From Microthyrium microscopicum (Eukaryota), in NCBI GenBank assembly GCA_010405405.1, contig MU004241.1, positions 434,001 to 498,000 of the forward strand: DNA of 64,000 nucleotides, written 5' to 3'. Both the position numbers and the translations under genes were made by a program. The notes under the pieces were generated by a model. It did not search any database, had not been told where the DNA came from, and saw only the letters and a list, made by a program, of their open reading frames with translations. Position 1 is the stretch's first letter, and the number at the start of each line of letters is the position of its first letter. Of this stretch, positions 25,401 to 37,943 are shown in pieces.

Positions 25401-28400
25401 AGGATTATACTAAGTATAAAATATCTTTATAGGCAAAAGCCTTTATATTATATTAAGTACTTATTATACTAACTTTCTAAAATTCTTCTATAACTCTTAA
25501 ACTCTAGTATTAGCGCCTTAGCTATATTAGTAAAGTAAGGCTCTATCATTTATTAAAATAGTAAAGAATATTTACTCCTTAGAATAATATCTTCCCCTTA
25601 TATAATTCTTACTATAAGGTAAATCTTATTTATAAATATACGCTAAGAAGCAACCTAGATTAAGTAGATTATTCCTTTAAAAGAATCTATATAGATCTAG
25701 GTAGTCTCTTTTGCTACCTATACTATAATAAGAATAGTAACCCTATCTCTAGCTAGCTTTATAAAATCTTCTAGCTCTTCTTAACTAATAATTATTCTTA
25801 ATATTGCTAGATATACTTTCTTCTTATAAAGGATATAATATCCTATAAACTTTATAAATAGATAAATTAAGTAAAAAATAAATACTAAGGCTACCTAGTA
25901 ATATTTTATTATAATAATAGATCTAAGTTTAATAACAAAATTATTACTAAGATTTAAGACGTCTATAGTATCTACCTTAAACTTATTATTCTATATACTA
26001 TAGAGTAGAATAATATTAATAAGCGTAGAATAGGGCTAATTACTACTATAGTATAAGTAATAGCTATATATACTAATCTTTCTTCTTACGTTTTTCTAGA
26101 ATTATTAAATATTATTACTTACTTAATTAATCTTTAGCCTATTATAGCTAATAATAGCAAAACTTTTTACTAAGTATTCTTTAATAAAAGATTTCCTAAT
26201 CTTTTAGTACTAAAGGTTATAGGCTATATGTATTAGAAACCTATTCCTTAAATCTCTACTTATTATAAAAAAGATACTGCTAGAAGAGATAAATGTTTCT
26301 TTCTTAGCTATAGTATAATAATAAGTTTTAGTACTTAACTTAATATAAATTAGTATAGAGTATAGAATACTAATACTAATTATATAGAAACTATAATAAA
26401 TCTTTATTTTAAAGAATATAGATTTTTAAATCTTAATAAATTCTCTATAAAACTACTTTATTCTATTATTAGTAAAAATGCCCTAATGTTCTTAACCCTA
26501 GAATAACTCTCTTAGAAAATAAAGTGTCCCTAGGCTAATAGTCTCTTCTTTACTAATAACTATATTAAGGAAGAGATATTGCTAATAAATATTAGTAATA
26601 TATTATTACTACTATTATTAAAGAGACTAAAGCTAGAAGATAATATAATATATAATTATAATAGAGACCTTGTTCTTACTACTAGTTTCTTTAATAAAGA
26701 GAAAAGAATCTATAATTATATTATAGAGGCTACTCTCCTTCTTATAATAATAACTAAGGATAAAAATTAGGATTATTAATTTTGTAAAATTGCTACGCTT
26801 TATTTAATAGATAAGCACTAAGATGCTATCTTTGCTATTATTCCTAATTAAGCTAATAGAAATTTATTACTTAGAGAAGCCTAAATAAAAGACCTAAAGT
26901 CTTATAAGGAAGCTATTTATCTAGATAATCTTAACTATTAAGCGTAAGCTAACTTAGTTAATAAGAAATATAATGCTTATAATTAAAATAGTACTTAGGA
27001 AATAATTAATATTACTAACGTATCTTTAACATTATTAATCTTTACTAGTAAATATATCTTTAAAAAGAAAGAAGACGCTAACTAAAAACCTATATAGTTT
27101 AAGGCATAGTAGTGTGCTAGAAGTTTTAAATAGTAGCTTAGGGTTAACTATTTTAAAACTTTTATATTTATAGTTAAAAGTATAAGCTATAAACTACTTT
27201 TTGCTTTTACTATTTTATATAGCTAGTATATTTATTAAATAGATATTATTATTACTTTTCTTTATAGTATAATTAATAAGACTATATATATAGAAATGCT
27301 ACCTAACTTTTAATAAGTAGGTAAGTATTATAAGCTTCTTAAAGTCCTCTATAGCCTAAAATAAGCTTTATAGATTTAGTAGGAAACCTTAAGTAAATAA
27401 TTAATCTAGCTAGGTTTTTATTATAGCCCTTATAACTATAGTATCTTTATTAATAATATCTTTAAAGTTATTATTATAGTATACATTAATAACTTATTAC
27501 TTTTTAGTCTTAACCTTAATGCTATTATATAAATTAAGAGGAAGCTTTAGAAATTCTTTAAGATAAAGGATATAGATAAAGCTACTTACTATCTAGGTAT
27601 TAAAATTAGTTATACTATTTATAATAATAAGGTTATTAAACTCTTATTTAGCTAGGGTGCCTATTGTACTAAAATTCTTAAAGATTTTAATTTCTATAAC
27701 GCCTATCCTATTACTATACTTATTATCCTTAGTAGAATATTCTTACTAACGCCTCTAATTTATATAGTTAATAAGAAGGTTTATAAATAGTACTAGTCCT
27801 TAATTAAATTTATTATATACTTAATGCTTAGTACTTACTCTAATATAGCCTACGCTATCTCTATACTTAGTCACTTTTCTTTAAATTTAACTAAATATTA
27901 TGTAGAGGAAGCTAAATACTTACTTTACTACTTTATAGATATATATAACTATAGCCTTATTATTAATACTAAATCTTTAAATCGTAAGATTCTTAGCTAT
28001 ATTAATTCTAACTAGGCTAGAGATAAGGATAGATAATTTACTAATAGCTACGTTTTTACTCTTAGCAAAGTAGCTATAAGCTAGAGTTCTAAGCATTAAG
28101 TAATAGTTGCTTTATCTAGTTATAAAGCTAAATATATTATAAAATCTAAAGCTACTAAGAAAGTAATTTAGCTAATAAGACTTATTTTTAATTTTTAGTA
28201 TAAAGATAAAAAGAATATTCTTATAAAAGGTAATAATTATAGTATACTTTTTATAATATATAATCTTAAGTTTTATACTAGAACTAAGTATATTAATACC
28301 TATTACTACTTCATCTATAAAAAGGTTCTAGTAAAAGAACTTTATATAGAGTAGGTACTAACTACTAAAAATCTAATAGATAGACTTACTAAACTACTTT

Positions 28401-28645
28401 TTAGACTAAAGTTCTAAGAGTATTATAAAAACCTAAGTCTTTATTTATTAAATAACCCTATAGTACTCTAATATTCTATTTTTACTAATTATCTAGATAT
28501 ATATATATTTAGTATATCTAGATATATATATTTTATTATTTAGTACTAACTTCTATTATATACTAATTATATTTTTATTATATACTTATATTTTTATACT
28601 TATTGCTTTGTTCCTTATATATCTATTATACTTATTAAGGGAGAG

Positions 28646-28774
28646 TATTTAAAGGTATCTTATAAGAGTACTTCTAAAGTATATATAATGGTACTAATGT
28701 CTTGGCACTTATTATAAGTAGCAACGGATCCCCTAGTAGTAGACAATCAAGTAATTTTACTCTATCTTTCGACA
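28646..28774 (+). repeat. 3' LTR of the Copia element
   Basis: Preceded by the polypurine tract AAGGGAGAG (28637-28645); ends TTCGACA followed by the TSD TCTTC. Confidence 0.95.
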
Positions 28775-29638
28775 TCTTCTCCGCAATATATTTGCGATGT
28801 TTTTCGCTTTCTGGCTTGGTTATTGGTTTGAGCAGGGTAGAGTCTGATGCTGTAAGTGCGGCGTAATCGCTTTGGATTCGATGTATCAAATTTGCGTCTT
28901 CTGCAGTATTTTCAACACCGCGGTATGCCAGGCGTGCGGAAGTGAAAGCGTTGGCCATAATTATGCGTCCTGGATGTTATGATGGATGAATTAGTGGTCT
29001 CTCAAGAATTAGGAAGGTAGTGGTGTAGTTCATTTGACTTTCCAAAATGGCACTTACCTAACCGTAAGTTCTCGCTCAATAAATATAGGACGATCCTTCC
29101 TATCCCTAATGGAGATCACTTACGACACTCAGCGCCCCATGCTTTCCTACATTATGTTCACGAATTAAACCGAACAACGACAAGCAGCTACCACGTAATT
29201 AGGTAGATTTCTACTCACCCAGAGCTAAAGACAGTAGTGGAAAAAGTGGTCTTTGGGGAACTTGCCGCGTAGAGTTGTTTCCAGGCTCACTTCAGCACGT
29301 TCGTTATGAGCTTCATAGGAAAAGCCCTTCGTTTATCTTTTAGATATTTAGAAGGCACATACTTATCTTGAGGTAAGGTCCGGATACATCAACAGTCTCT
29401 ACAGCATGAGCTTGCTTGTAGAAATGTTCTCGAGAATACTGGTAATTAATTTCAATCCCATCGCTGAATTTTAGATATAGTCAGGTATTTCAATAGCTTC
29501 CAGGTTTGGACCGGATTTTGAATAGGTATGGCCCAAAGAAAGGTTTGTTTACTGGCTTGAGACGCTCCCTCCGGTCATTTATGACTCTTCAACACCAAAT
29601 GGGCGGCACAGTAAGCGGCTTGTGGCGAAGCACGGTTC

Positions 29639-31613
29639 ATGGAGCCCAAATACCTGCTATCATCTTTCCAACAAGAAGATGATCACCTTCCGCGACGTCG
29701 AAAGCCGTTCAGATCAAAAGTCTTTCCAGAGAGATTACAGGTACATATCAGAAGGATGCGTCGCCACGATCCTCTTACCGCACTTGGTTACGACGTTTTC
29801 CTGAACACTTTGCTGCAGGTAGTTAGCCCGATTCCTAAATCGAGTACCCTGACATGAGTTATAGATTCAACAGTCTACAAGTTTCGCGTTGCTAACGGTA
29901 AACCTTGTCAACAAAGACTGGCATTCCATAGCTCAACCTCTCATCGATAGGCAACTCGACATTACCATCGGTGAACAACCAGTACGCAATAAGTTGTTGT
30001 TTGCTCGTTTGCAGGATGAAGACTTCAAAGCTCGTGTGCAGGAGATAATTGTGCGACCGACCGAAACCCAAGAATACTTGCCAAATGACGAAAATGAACT
30101 GGCCGTTCTTGCTACCTTCCTACCATGGATGAGGATCACTAGATTCCAGTATTGCTTCCATCCCAGTAATTTACGGCTCACTAATTTACGTAGTTGGAGA
30201 TTTCGCCAGATTCCACCAGACTTTTTGATAGAAGTCTTGCGCAACTGCGATGGCTGCGCTATCCAAATCAGCCCAAGCCAAGTATATCTCGGGCCTCATA
30301 ACCATGCTGCCTGGTATTGGGAGAAGGGCTTTGGCAGATACGCAGCTGGCGACCTATTGCGATTGCAGCTCATATGTTCCAAGATAGAGACTCTTCGACT
30401 AGAAGGGTCTTATGATCTAGAGGGATTCAATAATCTTGGCCGATTATTGGCGCTGTCTGTTCAGCTGTCTTCACTTGAGCTGAAAGTCACAATACCGGGG
30501 GTCCTAAGGTCAGAAAGATCAAAATGGCCAACCTGGTATGCCGGTTGGTTGTCTGAATCACTTTTGGGCCATGTTCTCAATCTACGCACCATACGATTAG
30601 ATGGGCTTTGCGCCTGCGATGACAATGAAGTACGTCGTTGGGGGCAAATCCTGCACTGGGAGACTCTAGAAAACGCCTCCTTCACATGCCCTGCCTTTTT
30701 GACTTGCGCGCCGAGCCGACTGATACGACTCCATACGGTCAGACTAAACATCGACAGACCTCAATCTGGCAATGGCTGGGATTCAGTTGAATATCATATA
30801 GGCCTGAGGCAAAATCATTGCTCATCTGCTCCCAGTGGAGATAGAGTTAGAGATGTCCTTTTGTCACTACCTCCGTTAAGAGAGCTCTGCCTAAAGAATG
30901 CAGGAGTTGACGATTCCATCCTGAGGCGACAACCGAAGCTTGTTCATCTTGACCTGATCAACGACCTAGTGCCAGGAGAAGTCACGGAATCACCATTTGA
31001 TATGTCCATATTCAGATCGATGCACAAGCACTGCAAACGGCTTAGATCACTGTCCCTTCGTCTTCACCTTGATCAACTATTTCCTTGTCTTACATATATT
31101 GCCCGCCACGGGCTGTCAGTATCCCATCTGATATTGGATCTCGGGATTCCAAGGAACAACCCAAATTACTTCGAAGAACGTCCACACCGCGAAGATTTAT
31201 CCACTTGTCTGACAATTTTCCAATGCGTTTCTTCTTTCACGGTCAGAACCTACTCAAATTGTTTGCTCTCGAACCTGAATATTGGGCTGTCTGTTTGTCT
31301 TCCAATGGATATGTCATACTCGACTGAGCAGGCTTTGTGGGTGCTTGCGGAGAGGGAATACCGCCTTGATGTCAAATATCAAGATGGCAAGAGTCATGCT
31401 GTTTTCGTTCCTGTTCCGATAGAGTCTAGTATTTCGCAAATGCAGGAAGCCAGCGGATCGGTTTATAAACGTACGTTTCAGCAACTTGATTTTTCAAAGA
31501 CCCAAATAACGGAGCTCGGTGGAATCAGCTTCGATGCAGTTAGCACTCCATATGGCTGTTCCAACATTGCATGGAAGACGCACCATCAACGTCGTGGGCG
31601 AGCTGTCATATAA
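29639..31613 (+). CDS. Fungal F-box/LRR-like hypothetical protein
   Basis: Exon 1 from ATG at 29639 (DPLTALGYDVFLNTLLQ), then a long Leu-rich ORF with LxxLxL repeats (IETLRL, LSSLEL, LRTIRL, LRELCL, LRSLSL). A probable in-frame intron lies at about 30150-30192. Confidence 0.6.
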
Positions 31614-31728
31614 TCGTGTCCAGAGCGCTGGGAATCATCAACAAACCCGGATTCTAGACTTGAATATCAATGAGTAAACGTTATACATAGCTCAAATACT
31701 TCGACGTTGCCAATTCGCTTGAGTCAAG

Positions 31729-33668
31729 TTAGATCTTCTTCACAGTAACCCAAAGCCCTTTGGCTCTAGAATTAGGATAAACCTCCAAAGTACCGTCTCT
31801 CTTCAAAGCTTCAAGGTCCACTACAGCCCTCAACTCAAATTCCGAGAAAATCCTTGCCAGAGTATAGTAAGTACTTGATTGTGAGAGACTGCAAAGCAGA
31901 TTAGCTCAGTTTTACCGAAACAGCTGGGGGCTTTCACCGAATACCCATACAAGCCATGGGCCCTTTTCCAAACGGCGCAAAATTCTTGTTCAATTTCGAT
32001 ATGTCTGGTGCAAGCCAGCGCTCTGGCTTGAATGATCCAGGATCTGGAAATGCTTCCGGGTTTTGATGGATTGAGGTACGAGATGTAGTTATTACAGTCT
32101 ATGTTTGTCATATGTCAATGCGGTTCCAAAAGCGCGATAAGAAGTAGTAGAGGAAGGACGGAAAGAACTAACGCCTGCAGGAATTGTGTATCCACCATAC
32201 TGAATTGGCACTGAGCTTATTCGTGGGAAGCGAAACACGTTTTGGTGTTCGGTTCTGAAGTAGCGTTAGTAGAAGCCAACTCTCTCGACTTCATGGAAGT
32301 TCACAATCATACCGAAGGCCCTCTTTGGCAACGGCTTTCTGAGTCTGCGTTAGTCAAGTTGAAATCCAATCTCAGTATACTACTTCTTTACCAAGTATGG
32401 AAAGCCTGCGAGCAGTTCGTTATAAGTCATGTTATTCCTAAACTCTCCACTGCTCAGGTCTTCTCGTAATGAGTCTTGCATCTCCATGTTTTGCATCAAA
32501 TGGAAAGATGCATGCACAAGGCTGTGTGCAATAGCCTCGCCACCAGCAAGAATCAGAGAAACCGTATTGTCAACAGTAGCGCGCTTGTTGAAGTTTTTTT
32601 CATCTTTGACCAGTACTTCAGCAATGTACTCTTTGTCCATTCTTTCTTGGCTGCTTTTCGCGAAGCCTGTAACTTTTTCTGCAATCAACTGATACTGAGT
32701 TAGCAAAGGGCCCAAATGAAATCAGATCGTGATATTTTGACTCACCGTACCAAAGCGGAGAACAGGAACATATTTTTCCTGCATTGAACTTGAAATGAGG
32801 TACGGGACCACTTTCGCAACTGTTGGGAACATGCGGGATATGGAAGCCAAACGAAAGAGTTCACGATTGGGAAGTAAGTTGTGGCCAAGGTCTTTCTGAC
32901 TGAGCAGCTGCTCATAGTCTTCCCCTAATAGAGCTGGAGCAATTAGGTCATGGCCCAAACTGCGGTATGCATCTGATAAATTGATTGGCTGACTGGATAT
33001 ACTGTAAGAACGTAGGATAGCGCAAAGCTCATCTGATTTCCTTTGGAGCAACTTAGGAGTGGCTTGAGCAAGCTGTCCGTTCATATGAGGTTTGAGCTCC
33101 TCCCGGCGAGCTTTATGAACAGTTGGGTCTGTCGTAAGGAAGACAGCACCTGGAGCGCCCATGTTGTAGTACCATGGATCCTTTCGAATAACATCTTTAA
33201 ACTTGGTGGCAAATGTAGAATGAAACTCAGGATCGTGAATGTGAACTTCATTGGGGTTGATGCGAACGATGGGTCCTTCAAAGTTGTGAGATGTTTGATC
33301 CCAGAAGTTAAAGCAGAAAAGGATTACATACCGTATTGTTCGTGCAATTCGGCCACTTTTTGGGCGTACTGGAATGACTTGATTGCATTATAGTAGAATT
33401 CATACCATCTGGTTAACGCAGCAAGCCTGGGCCCTGGAATGTTTCTGATTGGCGAAGTCATGTAAGAATACAAAGTCGTGACAATTGGAAAAGCGACCAG
33501 AAAGAGACAGACGCCAATGGTAGACCATAACTCATATGTGGGCTGAACCCCAAGGGTTTCTCGGCAAAACGAGATGTATGAAGTTGTCGCATTGTAGAAA
33601 GCAACTGAAGGAGTATTGATAGCAACCTCCACAGATATACCACTGTGGTTGGACGGAAATAATTCCAT
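31729..33668 (-). CDS. Cytochrome P450 (multi-exon; N-terminus like the trichodiene oxygenase/CYP58 group)
   Basis: TM anchor, IPGPRLAALTRWYEFYY, I-helix LAGGEAI, KEGLR (ExxR), FKPERWL and heme motif FGKGPMACMG (~31940-31975). Last exon ends ...GLWVTVKKI*. Confidence 0.9.
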
Positions 33669-35946
33669 CTTGGTGTCTTGAGACAAACGATCTTTAGCTG
33701 AATTAGTCAAATGATGTGCAGCCACAAGTCTTCTTATGTACCGATATCTTACGTCTTCCTCCGAGACTACTTTGATATTAGCCTATCGACTTTGTCCATC
33801 CGAGCATGACTTAGGAGCGACATTGCTGCCATAATTTGGCCATGCCATTGGCCAGGTCACTTTCTGCACACTGATATTCTTCAGTCAATGGTGACATGTG
33901 GTAGAGATAAGATACCTACTCTGCCGCGTTTGCCAACTTATGAATGTCACCTAGGAACTAAAAGAGATCAAAGAAAAACTAGTCCTGATCTAGGTCGAAA
34001 GCAATTTGTTTTTTTATACGAAAGTTCGTCGCTTCTGAGCCCTTACGATTCAGGTAGTATGATCGGAAGATATGGAGATGCTTTCCTAGAGAAGCTTGCA
34101 TATGCAGCATGCGGGTCGGTCCCGTGCCGTCCAGTAGCATTTGAATTCTTCTAATGGCACGTCTTGAACTGTTCCGAACCAGGAATGGATCGAAGGATGT
34201 GCTGTCAGATTCAAATCTTGTAGAAGGGCCTACGGGCCTACGGGCTTGATCTCAAGGCGCCCATAATCTCACATCCAGCTAGCTGAGCACATGTAAAACA
34301 ACAGAACAATGAACTGGTAGAAACTTCCGTATTAACAAGTTTTGGAACTAATTAGCCTGATATATTCGATCCTTCTCAGGGCTGACGAACGCGTAGTAAA
34401 AGTCGTCCAGTACTTCTCAAGGCGCAAGACTTCCAGACCAATATTGTAGGACATTTAGCAATCAATAAAGCCTTGCAAAACGTGGCCTATGTAGTAAGAC
34501 TTCTGATGTGGTAGATCTGAGCACTGGAGGTCATGCCATCGAGCGGCATATCAGGGCCGCTGAATGATAACATCGCTTGCTTTCAAGCCTGGACCTGTCG
34601 AAACGTATCCATGAGACAACTGAGAAGATTAGACAGATAGCAATATGAGGCTAGTGAGCAGGAGTATAATCAAAGCGGATATGAGCTCGGCAGATACAAC
34701 AGCTGTTCTATATCCAGCTGATAGCAGGCTCACTTTACAGTGTATATGAGGCTTCTCCGGTTGGTAGGCGTGCTATGCGCCATATTCAATTCGAATATCA
34801 TTCTCACTCCTATTCAGTGCATCCACCTGGTTGTCAAACTTGACTACTCGTCGGAAGCACTAGCCGATGGTGACAAAAAGAATCGAGCGACATCAATTAC
34901 ACTGATTGGGTATATGTGTCAACCCTTCAGACATTGGTTAAAGTAGAAAGCCTGGAGTAACTCCAGCCCAAAAGTCGTGAAGCCTGACACCAAACGTCTC
35001 GACGGTTGCAAAGTTGGTATCCTATGATCGGTGAAGACGAATTTCAGCCTGATTAATATTGAAGTTTCTCAAACTCCTATGGCGAACGTGCAATATTGCC
35101 TCAGAATGTGATGTTTCACTGCATAAATTATACATAATGCGTTATGATTTGAATTTTACTATCGTAAAGCGAGAGGAGATTCATCAATTGCATCTAAAAA
35201 CTTCTCTCGGTTCATATTATCAAAATCAAGGGTCATGCACGGGAGAGGTCTGGCATGCAGAAAATGGACGTTGATGCCAGCCTTGTACCTTTCGTATGTC
35301 GTTCCCAAGAACAACGACCAGTTATGGCGTCTAGACGCCTTGCTCGAACCTATCAAAGCTAGATGATAGAAAACTTTTCAATTTATCTCAGCTGAAAGGC
35401 TGGCCGTTGCCAGTGATTTGATGAGCTAGAATGATACAGATTGGATGGCTCGAATGTCCACTGCCAGCCACGCTTGATAATCCTACGCATAGAAGAACAG
35501 AGACTAGAATTGAGGCTATTGGTCGTACCAACCCTTCAAATGAAGCCTCCCCCATTGAAACCGCTTGCAAAGTTCGAAGCACACTATCTCATATTAGATT
35601 CGGTAAGACGAATGTCTGAACAGATGTTCGGGCCAAGCATCAAACCCATAGTGCGCTGAAAATATCCTAGCCGAGCCCGCACTCTGATGGGAGCGCCGGA
35701 TTTATTTGGCCGACCGGTTGGCAGTCGAAGAGCTCAGAAGATAGATTCGAAAATGGTCGAGGACGAGAAAAGCATCGCGTTTGGTGGCTTCGTGTGGCTT
35801 GAAATCAGCCGCAAGTAAAGACGCGATGGGCGCGTGTCGGTAGGGAATCCTAGAACCTCCCATACTCTTTCTTATGTGTATTCTGGAAAGATTTCAATTC
35901 TCTTCTGGAATCACTCCTTTGTCTTTGAATCGAGCGAAATGTATCA

Positions 35947-37661
35947 ATGCCATTCTCATTCGTGCCAACCTGCTCCCTACCTCCTGAAAACACCAAATTC
36001 ACCTCCACCCCCAATGTTCGCGGAACGCTCGACATTGTCTGGACGTGTTTCAGCATTTTACTACTCTGCACATGGACGGTCCAACATCTTAATATCCAGC
36101 CGTTAATCAAACCACGCACCATCGGGCAATACTTCCACTGGATCATATTCTTTATCAAGCGCAAGGCGAAATGGATGATCTTGACCCTCATAGCCCCTGA
36201 GATCCTGATTGGGTTGGCTCTATCACAATTCGTCGCGGCCAGGTATGGACGGGACATGATGCAAGGATTTGCGAATGAGGATGGGGTGGAATGGACATTG
36301 GAACATTCACATTTTGCAGATATGGGTGGATTTGTTATCAACTTTCCTGACACTTATGGTCCTTGGGATATGGCGGAGGATGACAAAATGGCCCCTTTTA
36401 TCAGAGAACATGAAGTTTCAACACTTTCCTCGAAAGGAAGCGACGACCGGCCACTGAATAGACTGGGCTCAACGGCAGAAGTACCTTCCCTTCGACGAGC
36501 TGTCACACTACGACTACTTCCTCGTGGAGTCATCTCTGTCATCAAGACACCCAAGGATCCTCGAACTCAATCGTTGTCAGCATCTTTGTCTCGAGGTATG
36601 GTACAACCTATCGTAGAAGAAGACAATTCTGACATCTCAAAGGTATCAAGCATCTCGTATCACATCCCGAACGCGGGATAGAAGCCTTGCGGCAACAGTG
36701 GGCGTCTACACAAGAAGGAGAGCAACAATGGAAGAGACACGATCACAATTCAAGCATGGTGGACTCGATACTCAAGAAACCTTCCGACGCACTGAAACAT
36801 TACTCCTCCGTCGAAGTATTTTACGAAGGAGTAGCCGTGCTGTCTGGCAACCTTTGGGTTTTGAACACCCAACAGCTGTTCCTTGCCCGTAAATTCGGCA
36901 TCATAAAATCTCTTCCGAGCGTCACTATGGAGGAGATTGACGACAAGAACAAGGGCGACGCGGTCGTGAAGCTGCTCGCTCTGGTTACTGTAGCTTGGTT
37001 GATTCTGCAACTGATCGTTCGCCGAGTACGCGGTTTGCCATCAACACAGCTGGAGATCATGACTCTCGCGTTCGCTGGCAGCACTTTTATCATATACATC
37101 TTACTATGGTTCAAGCCACAGGATGCTTTAGTGCCAATATACATCACCGCAGACAGTGATCCAACCAAAAGTCAGCTACAAGATATTTCTCAGAAACGGG
37201 CCGCCAACACATTCGGCTTTCAGACTTCCGGAGGTCGAGCACCTTTCTGGATCCCAGACAACTCTGTACATGACACTGGCCACAAGTATAGAGACTTTTA
37301 CCTGGACATTGGAGTCGGAGCCGGTGCTGTTCTTTTTGGAGCGCTTCACTTATTGTCCTGGAACCAACATTTCCCAACACCACTTGAAAGACTGCTATGG
37401 AGAATCAGCTTGTCTATAGCAGTTGGCATACCTCCCCTATTCTTAGTTATGTCCTGGAATACCATCCGGATTACGAACTTGAAAGCCCGGTGGCTGGCAT
37501 GGTGCAATGCATCACTACTTCTGGTTGCATATATTGTACTACCAGTCCTTTACGTGCTCGCTCGAGCATATGTTCTCGTTGAAGTATTTCGCGCAATGGC
37601 GTTCCTTCCACCCAGAACGTTTATAGCGACGTTTACTGCGGAGATACCTCACTTCGGATAA
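35947..37661 (+). CDS. Fungal multi-pass membrane protein of unknown function (2 exons)
   Basis: Motifs RGTLDIVWTCFSILLLCTWTVQHLNI, HSHFADMGGF, EEIDDKNKGD, LEIMTLAF, WFKPQD and FPTPLERLLW. A 47-nt GT-AG intron at 36596-36642 (branch CTGAC) joins the two ORFs in frame. Confidence 0.85.
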
Positions 37662-37943
37662 TGTTGTTGGAGAAAACTCAGTAAATTGGGCCGGAACCTC
37701 GTTGCCCTACCTAAGCGTTCAGCGATATGAACAGCTTTTCGGGTACCTGCTCTGTAAATTAACAAGTTTTATATTTGGGTCTTGATATATTCACCAGGGC
37801 TCATTGGCCCATGAGAGAAATTATGGATCATCATTTTTGGTCAAATCTCTATATCGGAAAAGTTATGACCGCCAAAAGGCTTATCTCAACTTCTTCTCAG
37901 ATGGACATGTTCACTTGTGTCTTACCTTTCAAATGCACACAGC

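Larger units (their letters stand above)
22332..28774 (+). mobile_element. RIP-inactivated full-length Ty1/Copia LTR retrotransposon (6443 bp)
   Basis: TG...CA termini, 5-bp TSD TCTTC (22327-22331 and 28775-28779), 129-bp LTRs, PBS and PPT. De-RIPed RT/RNase H motifs FKARWCARGF (~27098), KLLKxLYGLKQ (~27330), YIDDLL (~27482) and ADGLTK (~28375) lie downstream of an integrase-like DNGSEF (~25912). Confidence 0.95.
21866..28958 (-). pseudogene. GNAT (RimJ/RimL-like) N-acetyltransferase gene disrupted by a Copia insertion
   Basis: The 5' part (28958-28775, MANAFTSARLAYR...YIAEK) joins in frame to the 3' part (22326-21866, TLLGVVIC...YQNKGYGSEAINWVLEWGF...GLHRI...LYPKLGFVFEGR) after removing the element and one TSD copy, giving 645 nt or 214 aa. 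Confidence 0.92.

Noticed and set aside
25260..28015. Short Ile/Leu/Tyr-rich ORFs inside the AT-rich block
   Set aside because: By-products of RIP-mutated Copia sequence, not host genes.
34200..35700. Possible decayed gene between the P450 and the membrane protein gene
   Set aside because: Only short ORFs, with no recognisable motif or consistent splice path.
36596..36687. Apparent frameshift or pseudogene in the membrane protein gene
   Set aside because: Explained by a 47-nt GT-AG intron with a branch site.
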